Origin: a virus
Taxonomy: Duplodnaviria; Caudoviricetes
Virus record (IMG/VR): IMGVR_UViG_3300032218_002331
Span: 1-60,204 of that record
Reading direction: 5' to 3' (one strand)
DNA: 60,204 nucleotides
In this document: positions 9,901 through 16,400 of the stretch, piece by piece
How the letters are laid out: the number at the start of each line of letters is the position of its first letter
Numbering within the stretch: the stretch's first letter is position 1
Program-made: the position numbers and the translations under genes
The notes under the pieces: generated by a model
Told to the model about the DNA's origin: nothing
Database searches by the model: none
What the model saw: the letters and a program-made list of their open reading frames with translations, nothing else

Positions 9901-12655
9901 CTGAGTTTGAAGTAGATCTAGCAACAGTTTGATTTTGAATAACTTGTTGTATTACAGTTTGCAATCTAGTATATGCGGCAATGTTTTCAGATACTTCACC
10001 AGAAATAACATTTAACGATCCACTAACATATGAGTTAGCCGCAAGTATGGTTGCACTATTTCCGCCATAGGTTAAATCGTATACTAAGGCATCAATAACA
10101 TAACCAACATCTCTGAAACATATTGCGGCATCGTAGTTTATAATAGCACCTGGGTTAAGTGTATCATTTACAAATGCTACAATCTCAGATTGTAAGAATA
10201 CCTTGTTGGCTATAATAACTGCTGCCGAATGTGTTACACCGAGACTTGCACCTGCAGGTACAGGAGTAGATAACGTTGGGGAACCGTTTAATCCTTGATC
10301 AATAATGTCAGTAACTGCTTTAAAATTATTTGTTAAGGCAGTTCTAGCACCAGAGTCAGATACTAATGCTAGCACCTCGTCTCGAGCCTTGTTTACACCT
10401 GCAATAGTTTGGCCTTTCTGACTAGTAGTTACAGTACTGGCATATGAACGAAGATATGCTAAGCCAGCTGTAATAGACTGTGCATTAGTGCCAAATACTA
10501 AATCTGAAGTAACCGCATCAATAATCAATCCAACATCTCTAGAACATTTTGCATCATCATAGGTTAACTCGCCAGTAGCGGTTAGCTGTTTAATAATGTC
10601 AAAAAGTTGAGCTACTTTAGTTCTTACAGCAACGGCATTTGTTCCAGTACCAGTAGTTCCTGAAAATGTTTCGTTTCGGTATTGTCTTGTAGTTTGTTGA
10701 TAGATAATATCAGGTGTAGAGTTTGTTAAAATAAATCCAGCAAGTGTTTTGATTTTATCTATCGATGCTAAAGTTGCAGTAACTTCAGCTTCTGCAATTT
10801 GTCTAAGATAATTAATCCAATATCTTCCGCCAGCATAGATGCTTAAACTGTTTCCGCCATAGACAATGTCATATACAACTGACCATACCATAAACTTAAT
10901 GTCGCGTTTACATGTGGTAGCACTATAAGATAATCCAGGATACTCGTTTTGCAACAGTGCAATAACTTCCGCTTGTATAAACGGTATGTTGGCTAGTAAT
11001 AGTTCTCTCGCAGAAGTTTGTGCAGTATTAGCCGTTGTTAGTTCTGGCATTGATACAGCAGGAAGATTTCCACCTTCAATGATATTAATCATTGCGTTGA
11101 TATTATTACCAATGATTGTTGCACTGATAGGAACGTTAGTTACTGCGGTATACGATAACAGTGTATCTTTTAAGTTAGCAAGTACTCTAATAATCTGATC
11201 TACACTGGTATCAGTATTTGCAGTAGGATACGCTAAGGCTAAAAATATGCTTTGTACATTTGATTGAAAAATAATATCTAAGCATAGACCATCGATTACT
11301 CTGTTAATATAGTTTCTTAACTCAGTAGTATCGTATGAAAAGTTTAGGATCTCGTCACGTGCAAACTCGATAGCATCTATTGTTTGAATAAGTTGGCTAG
11401 ATAAAACTTTGGAACTGGCTGCATCATAATATTTTGTGCCTGCCAGTACAGAATTAAAGTTTGTACCAAATACTAAATCGTTAGCCACTGCATCAAGTAT
11501 TAGGCCGATATCTCGTTGACATTTTGCTTTATTGTAAGTAAATGTATTAACATACTTGTTATTGATATAGGCAATAACTTCATATTGAATAAACTCTTTA
11601 TTAGCACGTAGCAAGTCAAAAGCAGAAACATATCCAAAGTCAGCACTATTTCCGTTTGCCACAGATACGTCAGAAATAGTTGAGAATGTTTGACTAGGAC
11701 CTTGCGTGTAGGCCAAACGTTGACGATAAGGCCCCGGCTCAGTTTGTGCAACTGATATCAAGTTATCAGCAGCCAAAGCAGCCGCACCAACAGTGCGGTA
11801 AGCGTAGTTCCAGAAACGACCTTCTTTACCTTTTGGACTTAGTGCTTGTGTATCATCGCCTTTGGTAGTTACATACAAGTTGATAGCACTTGAATATGTT
11901 GAGTTATCAACATAATATTTTGTTGCAGCCTGAAGGTCATCAATACCATTTGGTGTGCCAACACCTGCAATAGCGCCTGGGTGATCATTTAGATACAATG
12001 GCCCAGTCATTGAGTCACCACCACGGAATACTACATTTTTACGTGGAAGGGCTTCTGAAGAAACATAGTTGCTGTTTAAACTTGGTGCATAGTCTGGATC
12101 GTCAATCTGAGGAAGTGTGGGCTCATCACGCACTCTTAGTGCTTCGACAACCACACCGCCTTCGGCTTTAATATAGTGGCTGTCTGCGTAGCCTTTGCTA
12201 ATAGCAAGTTCGTCAATGGTTGTGGTAGTTCCACGAGGACCGTGAACAGCGTTAAATGAAGTTACTAAAGATTGGCTTGGATAAGCAACCTTACCAATAG
12301 CAAATCCTTGTGCATTTAATGGGCCTCCTAAGCGTGGAGCAGGGTCACTAGCAGTAGTCGATAAGCTGTTGGTAATAAGAATCTGATCTGGATCAGTCGT
12401 ATCAATACTAATACCTTCACCAGCTACTAATGATTTAGCCGCTAGGTTTACACCATCTGTTGATGAAATAATAACTTTATTTTGACCGTAATCTGCCGGA
12501 GCATCTGACAAGTTACTAAATCTAATCTGGCCTCCTGCACCAAAGACAGCATAAAGTTCGTTAAAGTTTTCATTTACTTTACGGAACGATTCACGTATAC
12601 TATCACCGGTACCGTCATTACCAGCTGAGCCAATATCAATATCTTGTTTTGCCAT
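929..12655 (-). CDS. Giant (3908 aa) virion structural / tail-associated protein
   Basis: gp9/gp10-like N-terminus (IDIGSAGNDGTGDSIRESFRKVNENFNELY); 8 helical CxRD repeats; G/T/S-rich beta repeats; C-terminal ADLAEYY...ALAGRVPCKV domain typical of tail-fibre autoproteolytic chaperones. Confidence 0.85.
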   Translation of the reverse strand: MAKQDIDIGSAGNDGTGDSIRESFRKVNENFNELYAVFGAGGQIRFSNLSDAPADYGQNKVIISSTDGVNLAAKSLVAGEGISIDTTDPDQILITNSLSTTASDPAPRLGGPLNAQGFAIGKVAYPSQSLVTSFNAVHGPRGTTTTIDELAISKGYADSHYIKAEGGVVVEALRVRDEPTLPQIDDPDYAPSLNSNYVSSEALPRKNVVFRGGDSMTGPLYLNDHPGAIAGVGTPNGIDDLQAATKYYVDNSTYSSAINLYVTTKGDDTQALSPKGKEGRFWNYAYRTVGAAALAADNLISVAQTEPGPYRQRLAYTQGPSQTFSTISDVSVANGNSADFGYVSAFDLLRANKEFIQYEVIAYINNKYVNTFTYNKAKCQRDIGLILDAVANDLVFGTNFNSVLAGTKYYDAASSKVLSSQLIQTIDAIEFARDEILNFSYDTTELRNYINRVIDGLCLDIIFQSNVQSIFLALAYPTANTDTSVDQIIRVLANLKDTLLSYTAVTNVPISATIIGNNINAMINIIEGGNLPAVSMPELTTANTAQTSARELLLANIPFIQAEVIALLQNEYPGLSYSATTCKRDIKFMVWSVVYDIVYGGNSLSIYAGGRYWINYLRQIAEAEVTATLASIDKIKTLAGFILTNSTPDIIYQQTTRQYRNETFSGTTGTGTNAVAVRTKVAQLFDIIKQLTATGELTYDDAKCSRDVGLIIDAVTSDLVFGTNAQSITAGLAYLRSYASTVTTSQKGQTIAGVNKARDEVLALVSDSGARTALTNNFKAVTDIIDQGLNGSPTLSTPVPAGASLGVTHSAAVIIANKVFLQSEIVAFVNDTLNPGAIINYDAAICFRDVGYVIDALVYDLTYGGNSATILAANSYVSGSLNVISGEVSENIAAYTRLQTVIQQVIQNQTVARSTSNSAGQNLTLAAGTSTEATIVSDLVGSLISVINGSSVAVIDPTYSLGNSGYNSIRLTVESAKTSIAGSVITFLNNTYFTTLAPAIADAPTALKAVRSSILGVANANRTLLSQAAVDYMNATFPVINDAGALASINTSFNIVINLLRLGLESRPEVTYTSPASLLNGYTSARELMLANIEFVQEEVIGYAISNYGSNFDTAKCRRDLKYIIEAIAYDITYGGNSASIYAGEQYWNGVVSLVPGQIDQTVVSINYAQQLLVQLVQNVVPNVSYQTPPFNVSAYTDLDLTEGDAATDDINTLFNDIKDIITNNTTPTATLPSKTTGDYSEVYKAIASIITTQKDIVKNDVTNHLDVTYKGGFNYDEAICFRDVGYIIEAMAIDLITDGTYQSISAGKSYYRNTSAKSIAIGTQYSETLDGILYAKSLALQVLNRTTATRYQNLYTQTITLSGTIPSSEIGIGVGTSVPIPSDDAITDFTANMNTLISIIENGFGAAPTPSFGTGIWTVKFTNGGNQHVDQGAPANNDILPAKVLVGVESSAYSNIVTYMQGGGDPSDTITCRLTKPAYYKVGEMLDFGESVKDLQIVIFVEAGIYYEDYPIKLATNVSIKGDEFRRTIIRPRDRISQSPWRKTLFYRDAIIDAMQLGPIDTTIDYRSSATATLSATNNKIVITLGSGQVPATWIGKVFQDDIGSAIPGKAIVDSVSGNFMNCSVIYPFEEARTLSASEWHIYSTVNYGRHYLTNPLDITSTPKNNKEMDIFLCNDATRISNLSLQGHGGFAMVLDPEGQIKTKSPYGQVCSSFSQSINRKRWAGGQFVDGFAGRLRGTIVAVEDDGKTLTITGGINSGLDVRAPQPPCAFYVSGARYQINDIVSYNSNSRTVVVTLDDATPWNGGFTFNETLCSRDVGLILDAVGYDIVYGSNYQAISAGRSYLRSYSSVVRGNIQLSKTISAIEQVKSWAVALSGIAGNNTAVSEITDRMAIITSILANGVDAVPAITYPNPSWQTAPYINSKNLLISNRDFIKAEITAWVATNYNIANIPNYNEETCARDVGYIVDALVYDVLYGGNSQTYAAAKAYYSVLVTGSTIAGEETITAAAYGRMKTVVQAIVQNNTVTPSVGNSVSQVKDLVNPGNSTTATAVGDLVDLLIDVVPDNATATSVVNPSNFTGSTLTSVRTVLQANKTQLAADTIVFLNQGLGTVINIEMGGNKSMLANDFAMINDLGYAIVAKNGGVTEQVSTFSYYCHTHYWAADGGQIRSVAGSNSHGDYGLRASGYDVTELPDAVTLANNMVQNAYVYKRGVFVNEMTPTATQQAIAVYILGYDYNPQNISELEIDHSLSGGGAQVRYEVTSVEHTTTTVNNKNVLKLNLSRAGNNGTSSVGLVTALYDGQIVTIRTLQNNKYLDIANVNPTRPSTALQYNDNLGDIYRVITYNLTDGTGELLPDHVAVLQTDTSFAYYKPVLDPAHVDDVDPLDVTKTMGSQTGDLRLAIFAISKQSTIDQLNKGIYIFGWNGRVHQILGYTKPHDAVTATYVPTGSSGTTLKVDSTTGIQVGDAISGTGFSTSHTVTDVNIDGVTLTISGAPDSTPTGVLTFTSLISPYLTINPVPLKNIAGTGNAVNALSYNSITGTGSDPRFVTYDLPWKETLPTVDSYLYISGNSNSKYNGYHQVVSANSQTAITVASTSAIEVGMVVTGPTIDGNVYVTSKDTATQFTVSPAIYLPALAATTTGSSISGTTLTVGTVTSGTVAVGMTLSGTNVISGTYIVSNISGSGNGSTWNVSKNHNVSTGSVAIDGASVVTATKVATLGDITINNGGSGYTRAPVITVSGGGALIDAIVTCTVSGGAIATINVVNPGYGYTGTPILTIETIEGASGAVLIPVLTALSTTTVTANAGVSTATATVAYKTDPSTTVTATATTHATATMNSSSISGTTLTVGTVPSGTVAVGMYLTGGTIPAGTYITANLSGSGAGSTWTVSRTVSQSSTTITGTNDLITVSTTTGLYVGNTISFSGTAYGGIDTSATTAGTFTIGKTYTILTAGTTVYTLIGAVNNTPGTTFVATGVGDGTGTARQTYYITEVLSSGTISVSNNLGGTNVTLSSASGTMSALSAGFGTITPTVVSSFGSKTGPVLTKYSVSLTIPSTAVTLNKYYKVSGNTNPLYNGVFKCTTASGTVTSITLEYPFDPGTWSTSTTTTITNAQTSATNIATGISKPFSTIDPTTIRCGYAAGTAGQVTTRISTCRATGHDFLDIGTGGYSTTNYPYQIYGNPAQSRQPENETYEEGVGRVFYVTTDQNGIFRVGRFFTVDQGTGTVTFSASIALSNLDGIGFKRGVVVSEFSTDNTMTNNAPDTVPVQSAVRGYIDKRLGIDHGGATVAAANLIGPGYLPLNGSAGMKGSLNANNNNVTNLAAPTLANDAATKAYVDAQLALKDQLTELTDVYPGTPVNGDVLAFIGGSSISVSATVAGDLTATVTMPTPTTLATAITTLLAVDTTQIIVANASGFPAGPGYIKIDNEVFSYGTINYGANRFETVVRLSTYSTGKFNYNTGNIAATHAIGAPVISLDSATVNYQIAADTIVNADVNSAAAIAQSKLALLDSTAAATAGSATKGISSFDSTNFVATNGFITIKNNSITKAQMANIGNGSVLANFTGSSTYPQESTAQSVLSKGLFQKFNTSVGAITYNGAEGSESIITVATDGTPSALAKYGTAGELDTKQLKVDGYKAIDTATNAIEFYTPGAYKFLSSTGSSGGNSVATAGGTWDFSSATLKATTITTGAPATPGSITGQYAVQASSQIDFTLGTLKSNNLTTGATGTNGTLTGQWALDGSSQFDATAGTLKSYTLTTGSSTAQGNITGAWSITGTLEATYAADLAEYYTGDQTYESGTVLVFGGEEEVTTSVMVNDTRVAGVVSTNAAYIMNGDCPGDKVLIALAGRVPCKVVGRVKKGDLLTTSATPGCAIKALDPKLGAIIGKALEDKDYGEVGLIEVAVGRA
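6500..11700 (-). repeat. Protein-level tandem repeats (about 100-150 aa) with C-x-R-D-[IVL]-x-x-[IVM]-x-x-[AS]-x-x-x-D core
   Basis: Cys codons at about 11520, 10911, 10545, 10119, 9306, 8814, 7212, 6774 (KCQRDIG, TCKRDIK, KCSRDVG, ICFRDVG, KCRRDLK, ICFRDVG, LCSRDVG, TCARDVG). Confidence 0.9.
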
Positions 12656-12658
12656 TTG

Positions 12659-12982
12659 TTAAACTCCGAAACTTGATCCGCATCCGCAAGTTGTAGTTGC
12701 GTTGGGATTAATAATTGTAAAAGAACTGCCCATGAGTTCTTCTTTGTAGTCGATTGTTGCACCTTGTAGATACTGCATACTCATGCTATCTACAAGTACT
12801 TTAAACTCGTCTAAAGGGATTTCAAAATCGTCTTCGTTGATTTCTTCATCTAGTGTAAAACCATAACTAAAACCACTACAGCCGCCGCCTTGTACAAATG
12901 TACGTAACGATATATTGGGATTAGCTTCATCATACAGAATGTCTTTGATTTTTGCTTTTGCTGATTCAGAAATTGTGATCAT
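12659..12982 (-). CDS. erpA: A-type Fe-S cluster carrier protein (ErpA/IscA/HesB family)
   Basis: GGGCSGFSY and TCGCGSSF motifs; probable start MITISESA at 12982. Confidence 0.92.
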   Translation of the reverse strand: MITISESAKAKIKDILYDEANPNISLRTFVQGGGCSGFSYGFTLDEEINEDDFEIPLDEFKVLVDSMSMQYLQGATIDYKEELMGSSFTIINPNATTTCGCGSSFGV

Positions 12983-13041
12983 ATCGGCCCTCGATATGAT
13001 ATTTATCAAAGGCTTTTTATAACCTTAATGTAAATAAGTTT

Positions 13042-13329
13042 ATGTTTTTAAAGACTGAATACATTAAAACACAGCACACTAGACTGAGTAAACTTGGTCA
13101 TGAGCACACCTACTACCGAAACAAAACCGTAGTGGTGTTACGTTGTGATAGTTGTACTGAAATATTTTATAGAGATAAAGGATCAATGGATCCAAAAAGA
13201 CTTACAAACAATGTGTATCATGTTTGTAATAAATGTGATGCAAAACGCTTTGCACAAGATAAAGGAGTCGAAAGCAGAAATCCGTGGGATATGCCTGTAA
13301 GTAGCCTTAAGAAGCTAGGCCAACTTTAG
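13042..13329 (+). CDS. Hypothetical Zn-ribbon-like protein
   Basis: CDSC and CNKC pairs; 95 aa. Confidence 0.65.
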   Translation: MFLKTEYIKTQHTRLSKLGHEHTYYRNKTVVVLRCDSCTEIFYRDKGSMDPKRLTNNVYHVCNKCDAKRFAQDKGVESRNPWDMPVSSLKKLGQL

Positions 13330-13867
13330 AACTAATAACGTTCCAGTTGATAATCTTCCACTGATTGGCCAAATAACCTTTTTTATCTGATTGATAATCC
13401 AATGCCCAAGCATGTTCCCACCAGTCCACAAGTAGTACGATGTCCTGCTTAATTTGGTGATTAACGATCGTTTTGATCTTACCATCACGAGCCAAATAAA
13501 CCCAGCCGCTACCTTGAACGCCCATAGCAACCTTTAAGAACTCATCTTTAAACTTGTCAAAAGTCTTAAAATGCTTAGTAATAAACTCGCCGGCAGAACC
13601 GTCTGGAGTGTTGGAACTAGCAGGTGCTTGGTATTGTGTAAACAATATGTTGTGCAAAAACGCACCCGCTTCATTAAAGTCAGCATCGCCCTCGCCATTA
13701 TTAAATCGATCAACGTAGGCCTTGTATAACTTCCCATAGTGATAGTCCATTGTATCTTCACTGATACTTGGATCTAAATCACTTCGTTTATAAGGCAACT
13801 TGGCCTGCACCAACGTTTTTGGTGTTTTTCCTTCGTTTAGACTAACATATCGAATAAAGTTATACAT
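13307..13867 (-). CDS. sod: Fe/Mn superoxide dismutase
   Basis: LPY..., YHYGK, FLHN, GSGWVYL and DWWEHAW motifs supply the four metal ligands. Confidence 0.93.
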   Translation of the reverse strand: MYNFIRYVSLNEGKTPKTLVQAKLPYKRSDLDPSISEDTMDYHYGKLYKAYVDRFNNGEGDADFNEAGAFLHNILFTQYQAPASSNTPDGSAGEFITKHFKTFDKFKDEFLKVAMGVQGSGWVYLARDGKIKTIVNHQIKQDIVLLVDWWEHAWALDYQSDKKGYLANQWKIINWNVISSKVGLAS

Positions 13868-13872
13868 AATGA

Positions 13873-13889
13873 TATTTATCGTATAAATA
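13873..13889. promoter_or_regulatory. Back-to-back T4-like late promoter motifs (GATAAATA on minus strand for sod; TATAAATA on plus strand)
   Basis: tatttatc g tataaata between divergent genes; similar motifs at 13000, 17882, 28020, 42616, 47645, 50588/50594 and 56107. Confidence 0.6.
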
Positions 13890-13911
13890 TTTCACTAAGG
13901 AGGAACATAGA

Positions 13912-14163
13912 ATGTTCAAGAAAATTAAAGAGTTTTTTACAGGTAAGCCTGCAGAAGTTGTTGCAGAAGTACCTTATAAGGTAGAAGCACCAGCTCCTGT
14001 TGTTGCAGAAGTTGCTCCTGTTGTTGCAGAAGTTGCTCCTGTTGTTGCAGAAGTTGCTCCTGTTGTTGCAGAAGTCGCCGCTACTGAAGCTCCAGCTAAG
14101 AAGCCACGTGCTAAAAAGCCAGCTACTGCTAAAAAACCTCGTAAACCAAAAGCACCAAAATAA
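13912..14163 (+). CDS. Small Ala/Pro/Val/Lys-rich protein with a basic tail
   Basis: RBS AGGAGG; VVAEVAP repeats; KKPRAKKPA tail. Confidence 0.8.
   Translation: MFKKIKEFFTGKPAEVVAEVPYKVEAPAPVVAEVAPVVAEVAPVVAEVAPVVAEVAATEAPAKKPRAKKPATAKKPRKPKAPK
13993..14075 (+). repeat. 21-bp tandem repeat x4 (GCTCCTGTTGTTGCAGAAGTT)
   Basis: Directly visible; in frame. Confidence 0.95.
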
Positions 14164-14188
14164 TAAAAGGGCGCAATGCCCTTTTATT
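14162..14188. terminator. Bidirectional intrinsic terminator
   Basis: AATAAAAGGGC-GCAAT-GCCCTTTTATT hairpin between convergent genes. Confidence 0.8.
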
Positions 14189-14305
14189 AAAATCTGGCTA
14201 GTTGCTGAGAGTAGTTAGCCATATCCTCTTGTATGCGAGCTTTACGCTTGTCATCAAGATTAGGATTTTCTTCTAGCTCTTCCCTAAGAGTTTCCAACCT
14301 ATGTA

Positions 14306-15334
14306 TTAGTTGTTCTCGAGATAGCTTTTGGCTTGATTGTACAGTTCCATGCTGGCGAGGTTTTTGCCCTTGCTTTCGCACATTATGTCGAACTGGTTTA
14401 GAAAAGTTATTGCCCATTCGTTTGTTTTTTGATTCCAATAAAAATCACTGTGTGCTCTTAGTTTTTGTTTTTTATGGCCAGACTCTAAGAGAAACTTGTA
14501 ATCCGGCAATGTGTTAGAGCAATGCCCCTTTAACCAATTTTCTCGGCTGACACTATAATGTAGTGTAGGGCGAACGCCATGCCAACTGTCGACAACACGA
14601 CGTACACGTTCGTCAGTTGGCTGGATATATTCTCCAGTTTTAACCCAATGATGATGTATATCGAGAACAACGGGAACAACGTCAGTAATGCTAAGAACAT
14701 CTTCTAATCCCCATGCGTTTTCTTCGTTTTCAATAGTAATACAGTTGCGGGCTTCGGGCGATAGTCGTTTATACGCACGTCTAATACCTTCGGGACCTTG
14801 TCTACCCGATATGTGTACATTGATTTTAAAGTCCTGAAAGGATTTACCGTAGCCCATGTAGCGTGCCATATCGGCATGATATTCAAACTCCTCTATAGAT
14901 CGGTTAACAATATCCTCTGAATCACTAGCCAGAACAGTGAACTGACCAGGATGAAAGCTGAGGCGTACATTACGAGAACGAGCGATATTACCGACTTCTT
15001 GAAAATGTTTTTCTGTATAATCTCTGGTGGCAGGTAACTGCCAAAAATAACGCCAGCTAGGCTCAGTATACACAGGCAAAAGGTCACTGCTAAGACGTAC
15101 CATACGTAAGTTATCATCTAGTGCTCCTACTCTTTCTACAAGTTTGCGGGTAGATTCGATGTTCTGAACCATAAGGTCCCAAAGTTTTTGTTCTGCAACA
15201 TCTTTAGTTTGGCGTCTAAGCCAAGCTACAGTTGTGCTACCAGTATTATACTTCTTAGCATCATCTTTAGGTTTAATGCCATTAACCTGATCGGGTGTAT
15301 CGATCCATTTACATGCGAAGCCTATTTTTCCCAT
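14306..15334 (-). CDS. uvsE: UV-damage endonuclease UvsE/UvdE
   Basis: IGFACK, RLSSDLLP, RLSFHPGQF, IENEE, VLDIHHH, RAHSD motifs; probable start MGKIG at 15334. Confidence 0.92.
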   Translation of the reverse strand: MGKIGFACKWIDTPDQVNGIKPKDDAKKYNTGSTTVAWLRRQTKDVAEQKLWDLMVQNIESTRKLVERVGALDDNLRMVRLSSDLLPVYTEPSWRYFWQLPATRDYTEKHFQEVGNIARSRNVRLSFHPGQFTVLASDSEDIVNRSIEEFEYHADMARYMGYGKSFQDFKINVHISGRQGPEGIRRAYKRLSPEARNCITIENEENAWGLEDVLSITDVVPVVLDIHHHWVKTGEYIQPTDERVRRVVDSWHGVRPTLHYSVSRENWLKGHCSNTLPDYKFLLESGHKKQKLRAHSDFYWNQKTNEWAITFLNQFDIMCESKGKNLASMELYNQAKSYLENN

Positions 15335-15495
15335 TACCAATGCCTTATGACGCCTGCGATTATAAAAAAGTTTGTTATAACATATATTAACACAATACAT
15401 GTACGAATGCAAGCAATTTGGTCTGCTTCCTCGTCCGAACTGCCTGCTTTTTCACCTAAAGATTTTGCCCAAAGGCGCCAAATACTTCTAGACAA
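15334..15495 (-). CDS. Small conserved phage membrane protein (53 aa)
   Basis: Hand translation: IWRLWAKSLGEKAGSSDEEADQIACIRTCIVLIYVITNFFIIAGVIRHW; resembles a small protein common in T4-like aquatic phages; stop overlaps uvsE ATG. Confidence 0.7.
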   Translation of the reverse strand: MSRSIWRLWAKSLGEKAGSSDEEADQIACIRTCIVLIYVITNFFIIAGVIRHW

Positions 15496-15496
15496 C

Positions 15497-15799
15497 TTAC
15501 CACCATTCTTTCTTTGGTTTTGGTGTTGGTTTGTTAAACTCTGGATTTGAGTTTGGCGGCAATAGTTTTACATCGCCTACTTGCCCTTGCGGACCAAATG
15601 TTACTTGCTTAACTGGTTCGTACCGAGCTTTGTCATTCCTATACCAGCCGTCACCTACAAAAGCAAGGCCAGCGGCACCTAATAGTCTAGTAAGATCAGG
15701 CGATTTACACTGAGGACATTCCTCCGCATGAGTTTGGCCCTTTCGTAACTCTTCCCATTGATGTTCACAACCGTTACAACGATACTCTCTTATTGGCAT
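15497..15799 (-). CDS. FmdB-family zinc-ribbon protein
   Basis: MPIREYRCNGCEH...CPQCKS...F.GDGWY. Confidence 0.85.
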   Translation of the reverse strand: MPIREYRCNGCEHQWEELRKGQTHAEECPQCKSPDLTRLLGAAGLAFVGDGWYRNDKARYEPVKQVTFGPQGQVGDVKLLPPNSNPEFNKPTPKPKKEWW

Positions 15800-15802
15800 G
15801 TA

Positions 15803-16282
15803 TTAATCCTTAAACTCGTTATCTTCTCTGTGGCCTACACGCATTGCCATATTTGCATCAGTTTCGCGAACTTCAACTTTGCAACACCAAATGCGTTCAG
15901 CTTCTGTCTTGCCATACTGCGGCAAATAAATGGTATTGATATATTCATATAAAAAATCAGCAATACCTTCACAACCTGTTTTTTCTACTTCTGTAATCTT
16001 TGCTAGTTTTAGCTCGCCTAATCTCAACAGTTCTGCACGTTGAGGATCGTCTTGCGCTACTAACAAAGTATGGTCGAACCAATCTTCTAAGTTATGTTTG
16101 AGGTCTTTGAGGCCTCCAAAATCCATGCACCAGTTACGTGCATCTAGTGTATCGCACTCAAACTCAAAGTGAAATGATAGTGCGTATCCATGAATAAGAT
16201 TACAATGACTATCTGCTCGCCATTGACGATATGCAACCGGTCCGATTTGTTTATAAGTTTTTGTACTAATGTACTTTGCCAT
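15803..16282 (-). CDS. queD: 6-carboxytetrahydropterin synthase (QueD/PTPS family)
   Basis: HCNLIHGY, MDFGGLK, FDHTLL, EVRET motifs. Confidence 0.88.
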   Translation of the reverse strand: MAKYISTKTYKQIGPVAYRQWRADSHCNLIHGYALSFHFEFECDTLDARNWCMDFGGLKDLKHNLEDWFDHTLLVAQDDPQRAELLRLGELKLAKITEVEKTGCEGIADFLYEYINTIYLPQYGKTEAERIWCCKVEVRETDANMAMRVGHREDNEFKD

Positions 16283-16315
16283 CTCTAGTCTCCTTTATGA
16301 AAATGAGCAAGTTTG

Positions 16316-16366
16316 ATGACATGCAGAATATTTAAAGAGGGATGAATGCCATAAAAGTCCTCTACT
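16316..16366 (-). ncRNA. Candidate preQ1-I-like riboswitch / pseudoknot in queD 5' leader
   Basis: P1 AGAGG/CCUCU; loop AUGGCAU can pair with downstream AUGUCAU; UUAAA follows P1. Confidence 0.45.
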
Positions 16367-16370
16367 GTTA

Positions 16371-16398
16371 ATTATACAGAGTTATATGTAGAAGTCAA
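16371..16398 (-). promoter_or_regulatory. sigma70-type promoter for queD
   Basis: TTGACT-16nt-TATAAT. Confidence 0.7.
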
Positions 16399-16400
16399 CG

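Noticed and set aside
151-12762. Many short plus-strand and alternate-frame ORFs in the ORF track
   Set aside because: Shadows of the long minus-strand structural genes, with low-complexity antisense translations and no RBS
13993-14075. Possible CRISPR array
   Set aside because: Repeats are contiguous with no spacers and lie in frame within a CDS
15335-15412. N-terminal extension of UvsE given by the ORF track
   Set aside because: Region is better explained by a separate 53-aa gene whose stop overlaps the true uvsE ATG
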